64,000 nucleotides of DNA from an uncultured virus (IMG/VR IMGVR_UViG_3300042556_003278). Taxonomy: Duplodnaviria > Heunggongvirae > Uroviricota > Caudoviricetes. Shown here one piece after another: positions 39,401-45,400 of this stretch. The notes below the pieces were generated by a model. That model had not been told where the DNA came from. It ran no database searches and saw nothing but the letters and a program-made list of their open reading frames with translations. The DNA lies in IMG/VR virus record IMGVR_UViG_3300042556_003278; one strand, given 5' to 3'. Both the position numbers and the translations under genes were made by a program. The first letter of the stretch is position 1, and the number at the start of each line of letters is the position of its first letter.

Positions 39401-42400
39401 TGCCGGCTTACATCGAGTTTTTTGGCGATGATCTGGTGATCTACGACAACTCGCCGCAGAACCCGATCCTGTTGTCAGCCGATGACATCTTGAGCGGGCG
39501 GTTCTCTGAAGTGGGCGCGCGCGCTGGCTTGAACGAGAACGCGACCACGCCAGAGGAGTTGTTGGGCAGCTACGGCGAGGCCGACCGGATCGAGCGGCCG
39601 GAGGCCAATCCGCAGCGGGTGGCGGCCGAGGGGATTCTTCCGCTGTTGGAGGAAGGCCGGAAACTGAATTTCGAGAAAGACATTCAACCGATCACTGATG
39701 CGGCTTGGGGCGGCACCCTGGCGGCTGGCACTTACGAAGTTAAAGATGCCTATGATGCGATGGAACTGGCGGTCAACCTGTTCTTGGCGCGCGGCGGGGT
39801 GTTCGATGCCGACCAAGGCTGGAAGTCTTTCGGTCCGGTGGGCGCGATCCGGGCACTGGAGGATTTGCAACAGCGGTTGCCGACCCAGACCAAGCGCAGC
39901 GGCCGCACCGACCGCTATCAGCAATTCTCTACCCCGCCGGTGTTTAGCTTTGTCTCGCATTGGGTAAGCGGAGCCACGGCGGCCGATGTGGTGCTCGAAC
40001 CGAGCGCGGGCATTGGCGGGCTGGCGGTCTATCCGAAGCTGGATGGCGCGACGATCATTGCCAACGAGCTTGAGTCCAAGCGCATCGACTTCCTGCGTGA
40101 GATGGGCTTTGACCATCTGACTACCGAGAACGCCGAGCAGATTGACGCCATTCTGGAACCGCGCTTTGCCTCCGGTTCCCTCCCCCGCCCCACTGTGGTC
40201 AACATGAACCCGCCGTTCTCCAACGCGGCCAAGAGTGGCAAGACCGGCCAGACCATGGTGGGCGCCAAGCATGTCGAATCCGCGTTGAAGGCGTTGCGCC
40301 CTGGCGGGCGTCTGGTGGCCATTGTGGGCGAAGGTATGGGCTTGGATACACCTACCTTCCGCCAATGGTGGCAGAACATGGCCAAGCAATACCATGTGCG
40401 GGCCAACATCTGGGTGGATGGCCGCAATTACACCAAATACGGCACAAGTTTCAGCAATCGGCTCCTTGTCATCGACAAAGTGGCACCGCCGGCCGGTTCA
40501 ACCAACAAGAACATCATTCAGGGCCAAATTGACGATTTGGCCGATCTGATTACATTACTACAAGGAGTCCGCAATGACCGACCAACTATCCAACCATCCG
40601 CTGAACAAGCTGGCACTGGCGATGCTCAATCGCTGGAGTCGGCGGGAACTGCCCGAACTGATGCCGGTGCTCGAACTGGCACTGGAAGCCGTGCCGGAAG
40701 GTCTGGAGGACGGACCGGAAGGACAGGCGTTCGACAGAGCGAAACGGCGCGACCCGCAGACAGTGTTGGACGAGTTGAGCGAGGCGTTTCAGATGGAGGA
40801 CTTGCTGGACGCGGACAATCTGAAGGACGCGGGACAGATGATCCTCAACGAACTGATGGGCAACGGACAGGTGACGGACAGCCAGTTATACCGGGAAGCG
40901 GCCGAGAATCCGTAGAACAGACCGGAATCACGGTCGAAGGCGCGCAGACCAGCGCGCGCAGCATTCAAAACGAGGACGATGTGTTCGCCCTCTATACTCC
41001 GGCCAAGGTCAGGATTCCGGGTGCGCAGAAACATTTGGCTCCGCTGGTCGAGAGCGCGGCCATGGCCAGCGTTCCCCCACCCGATCCGACCTACACGCCG
41101 AACTTGGCCAAGGAAGTCATTACCGAGGGACGGATTTCCGAGACGAGTCTGGAAAACATTGTCTATGCAGGTCAGGCGCATAGCCAAGTGCTGCCGAGCG
41201 GAGAACGCCGCGGGTATTTCATTGGTGACGGCACCGGAGTCGGCAAGGGCCGCCAGATTGCCGGCATCATCATGGACAATCTGCGCCAAGGCAGGAAGAA
41301 AGCGGTCTGGATTTCCAAGTCGGGCGGGCTGATCGAGGACGCCAAGCGCGATGTCGAGGATGTTGGTTTGGACCCGAAGAAGGTGCTCATGCTGAACAAG
41401 GTCAAGAAGGGCAAGAAGGTCGAGGCGGCCGATGGCATTTTGTTCACCACTTACGACACGCTCAAGGGTGGGCACCAGACATTGACCGAAGGCGCGCAGG
41501 GTTGGTGGGACAAGATCAAAGAGCACAACTCGCGCATGAAGCAGATTGCCGAGTGGCTTGGCAAAGATTTTGACGGCGTGATTGCCTTGGACGAAGCGCA
41601 CAAGGCAGGCAACGCGATTGCGGTCAAAGGCAACCGCGGGTTGAAGCAACCGAGTCAGGCCGGCGTGGCTGTGGTTGACCTGCAAAAACTTCTGCCCAAT
41701 GCGCGTGTGGTTTATGTGTCGGCCACCGGCGCGACTGAAGTGGAGAATCTTTCCTATGCGGACCGGCTTGGCATCTGGGGCGAAGGAACGCCGTTCCCGA
41801 ACAAGCAGAATTTCTTTGATAAAATCCGCGCCGGTGGTGTTTCGGCCATGGAAGTGGTCGCGCGCGACCTGAAGGCGCAGGGTTTGTATCTGGCTCGCAG
41901 CATTTCCTACAAGGGCGTCGAGTTTGCCCGCCTGACGCACAACCTGACGCCGGATCAGGAACGACTTTACAATCGGATTGCTACGGCATGGCAAGCGGTG
42001 TTGTCCAACATGGACCGCATCATGGACGAAACCGGCGCGGTCAATAGCCGCCGAGCCAGGTCAAACGCGGCCAGTGCCTTCTGGGGCGCGCAGCAACGGT
42101 TCTTTAACCAACTCCTAACCGGCTTGCAGCTACCGGCTTTGCTGGAGGACATGGATCAGCAGCTTGCGGCCGGCAATAGCGCGGTCCTGCAACTGGTCAA
42201 TACCGGCGAGGCGGTCGAGAAGCGTGCTCTGGCCAAGGCCCGCACCGAGGCCGAAGGCGACGAAATCCCGATGGAGGATTTGGATTTGTCGCCGCGGCAA
42301 ATCCTTTTGGACTTCTTGGACAAGAGCTTCCCCACGGATCTTTACGAAGAAGTGCAAGACCCTGACAACCCGGAGCGCACTGTTTGGAATAAAGTTCTCA

Positions 42401-45400
42401 ACAGCGAAGGCCAGCCTGTGCAGTCCCCCGCGGCCGTGGCCGAGAAAGAGCGTTTGATGGATGAGGTCGCCCTGATCGACATGCCGGAAAGCCCGCTTAA
42501 CCAGATAATCAACCGGTTTGGACCGGATAGCGTGGCAGAAGTGACCGGACGGACGCAGCGCGTGGTTACAGTCCGCAAAGGTGGCAAGACTGAAACCAAG
42601 ATCGAGAAGCGGAGCAAGGCGCAAGCGCGGGCCGATGCGCAAGATTTCCAAGATGGCAAACGCCGAATTTTGATTTTCTCCGATGCCGGCGGCACCGGGT
42701 TCAGTTTCCACGCCAGCAATCGGGCCAAGAACAAGCAACGCCGCGTTCACTATCTGGTTCAGGCCGGATGGCGGGCCGACAACGCGCTTCAGGGATTTGG
42801 GCGGACACACCGCACCGATCAAGCCAGCGCGCCGATTTATCGCCTCCTCGAAACAAACATCAAGGGTCACAAGCGGTTTATCGCCTCGATTGCCCGCCGG
42901 TTGGCGCAGTTGGGCGCCTTGACCACCGGTGAACGCCGGACGGCCGGCCAAGGCATGTTCAGCGACAGTGACAATCTGGAAAGTCCGTATTCGGCTGATG
43001 CTCTGTGGCGGTTGATGAACGACCTGTATAACGAGCGGGTCGAGGGATTCACTTTTGATGAGTTCAGCGAATCTTTGGGCTACGTCACCACGCGCGAAGG
43101 CCGGAAGGTCAACAAGCTGGTATCGCAGCAAGGCGGGCTGGCCGATGACCAGCGGCCGCCGATAACGCAATTTTTGAACCGCATCCTTGCGCTTCCGCTG
43201 GACCGGCAGAACACGCTTTTCGACTTGTTCATGGAGCGGTTAGAACGGCGGATCGAGACGGCCAAGGATGACGGCAGCTTTGATCCAGGGACGCAAAACT
43301 ACCGCGCCGAGCGTGTCGAGGTGGTTTCCGATGATGTGGTCTATACGCAACCGGACACTGGAGCGACCACGCGGCTGGTAGAAATTGAAGCCTTTGAGGA
43401 TCAGATTTTCACCACCTTCGAGGAGGCCGAGCGCGGCGGGGCCATTATGTGGGTCAAGAACCGCCGGAGCGGCAACGTCTTTGCCCTGCGCGAAGGGCCG
43501 CCGCGGACGCTGGACAATGGTTCAGTGGTGCCGCAATGGCGGCGGGTGGGCATTGTTGGCAATTCGATGGTGCAAAAGGCCGATGTCACCTTGCAGCCCG
43601 GACGCATGGAAGGCGGGAAGCTGGTGGACGCCGGCAACTACCAAGAAGTTACCCGCGACGAGGCGGCGACTCTTTGGGATTCGCAAATAGCGAACGCGCC
43701 CAAGGAAACCAAACGCAAAGACCATTTCCTGATTGGCGTGATGCTTCCGGTCTGGGACCGGCTTGGCTTGGAGCGGACGCGCATCTTCCGGTTCACTCCG
43801 ACCACCGGCGAGCCAATGCTTGGGGTGCAGGTGCCATCCAAGGATGTTCCGGGGCTGCGCATGCGTATGGGCGCGCGCAATACCATGACCGCCGAGCAGG
43901 CGTTCGACATGGTGATGACCGATGGGGCCAATCTGAATCTGGCCAATGGCTGGCGCATTGAGCGGCGGCGGGTGTCGGGCGAACTGCGCGTTGAGGTAAG
44001 TGGGTTAAATTACGACCAAGGCCGCGCTTTTGCCGACCAATTTGGCGGCATCATGGAGCGGATTCAATACACGCCCAGGTTTTTTATCACGGATTCCGAA
44101 GTGATGCAGCGGGTCATGGACCGCAGTCCGGTGACGCAAATCAACGGCGAAGATGTCAATTTTTCCGACAATTCGCCGGTGGTGGCCGGCGCCCGCCGTC
44201 TGGTCACGCCGGAGGATATGGACGCCGACATGGACGATCAGGCGCAATGGATATTTGAACAAGCACAACTAAGAGATTATGAATCAACAGATGAACTCCT
44301 CGCAGAAGAACCCGAAACTTTCGTTGGACTTGCTGCCCAATGGCGTGAAACTCACCCAAGAGCAGTTGGAAGTCCTGCGCAGAGCGCGGGTTCTGGCGGA
44401 CAAACCGAAGATGGGCGCATCGAAGCCCTTGTAACTGACAACCTTGGGCTGGCGACCGCGCTGGCCGGCAGGTTCAACATCCCGCGGATCGACTTCGAGG
44501 ACAAGGTTCAGGAGGCCCGGATCGGGCTTCTCACAGCCGCACAATCTTTCGACGCGGGCCGCGGGGTTCCTTTTGGAGCCTATGCCACGCGGGTAATCCG
44601 CAACCGGCTGAACAATCTCTACCGCGAACAGCGGCGGATTGCTGGCGCCGAAGTGCGGGAACTGGACGCGCCGGTGGGCGAAATGGACGGAGAAACCGGC
44701 CAAAGCATGCTGGCTGACCAGTTTGAGGACGCGCCCAACAATGACGATCTGGCCATTATCCGCGAGATCATGGATGACTTGCCCGCGCGCCCCCGGCGCA
44801 TTTGGCAGGGCGTTATGGCTGGCAAGACCTATGACGCCATCGGTGCGGAGGAAGGAATTTCCAAGCAGGCGGTGCAGCAAACCATGGTGGCCACGCAAAA
44901 CACGCTGCGCCGGCAGTTGGCAAAACGCGGAATCAACAGTGTTGACGATGTGTTTGCCCAAAAGGATCGGTTTGATACCGGCCGCGTCGAGGGTATGCGG
45001 CAGCAGTTGGATGACGAAGAAGCCAAAGTGGCGGCCGCGCGTCCATCCGTGGAGGCCGAACTGGCGCAAATTGCCGAGGAACGGCAGAAAGCACAGGATT
45101 TCCGCAAGGCGGCCGATCAGACGCCGAATAGCCCGCTTTTACCTGGAGCCAAGGAGTGGTATAGCACTTGGCTTCGCGGCCGGATGGACAAGCTGGAGTT
45201 TTACGCTCCGGGCGCCAAGGCGGCCATGTTGGACAACCGGCGCAACGAGGCTTTGGTCGCGGCGACGATCAACAGCATGATGCAGCAAATCCGCGACGAT
45301 ATTACGCGGGCCTTTGGCTATCCGGCCTTCTGGAGCAAAAACAAGAAGCGGTTGCAAAATTTCTTGGATGAATTGCTGCCGGTGGCCGCGCGCCTCGAAG

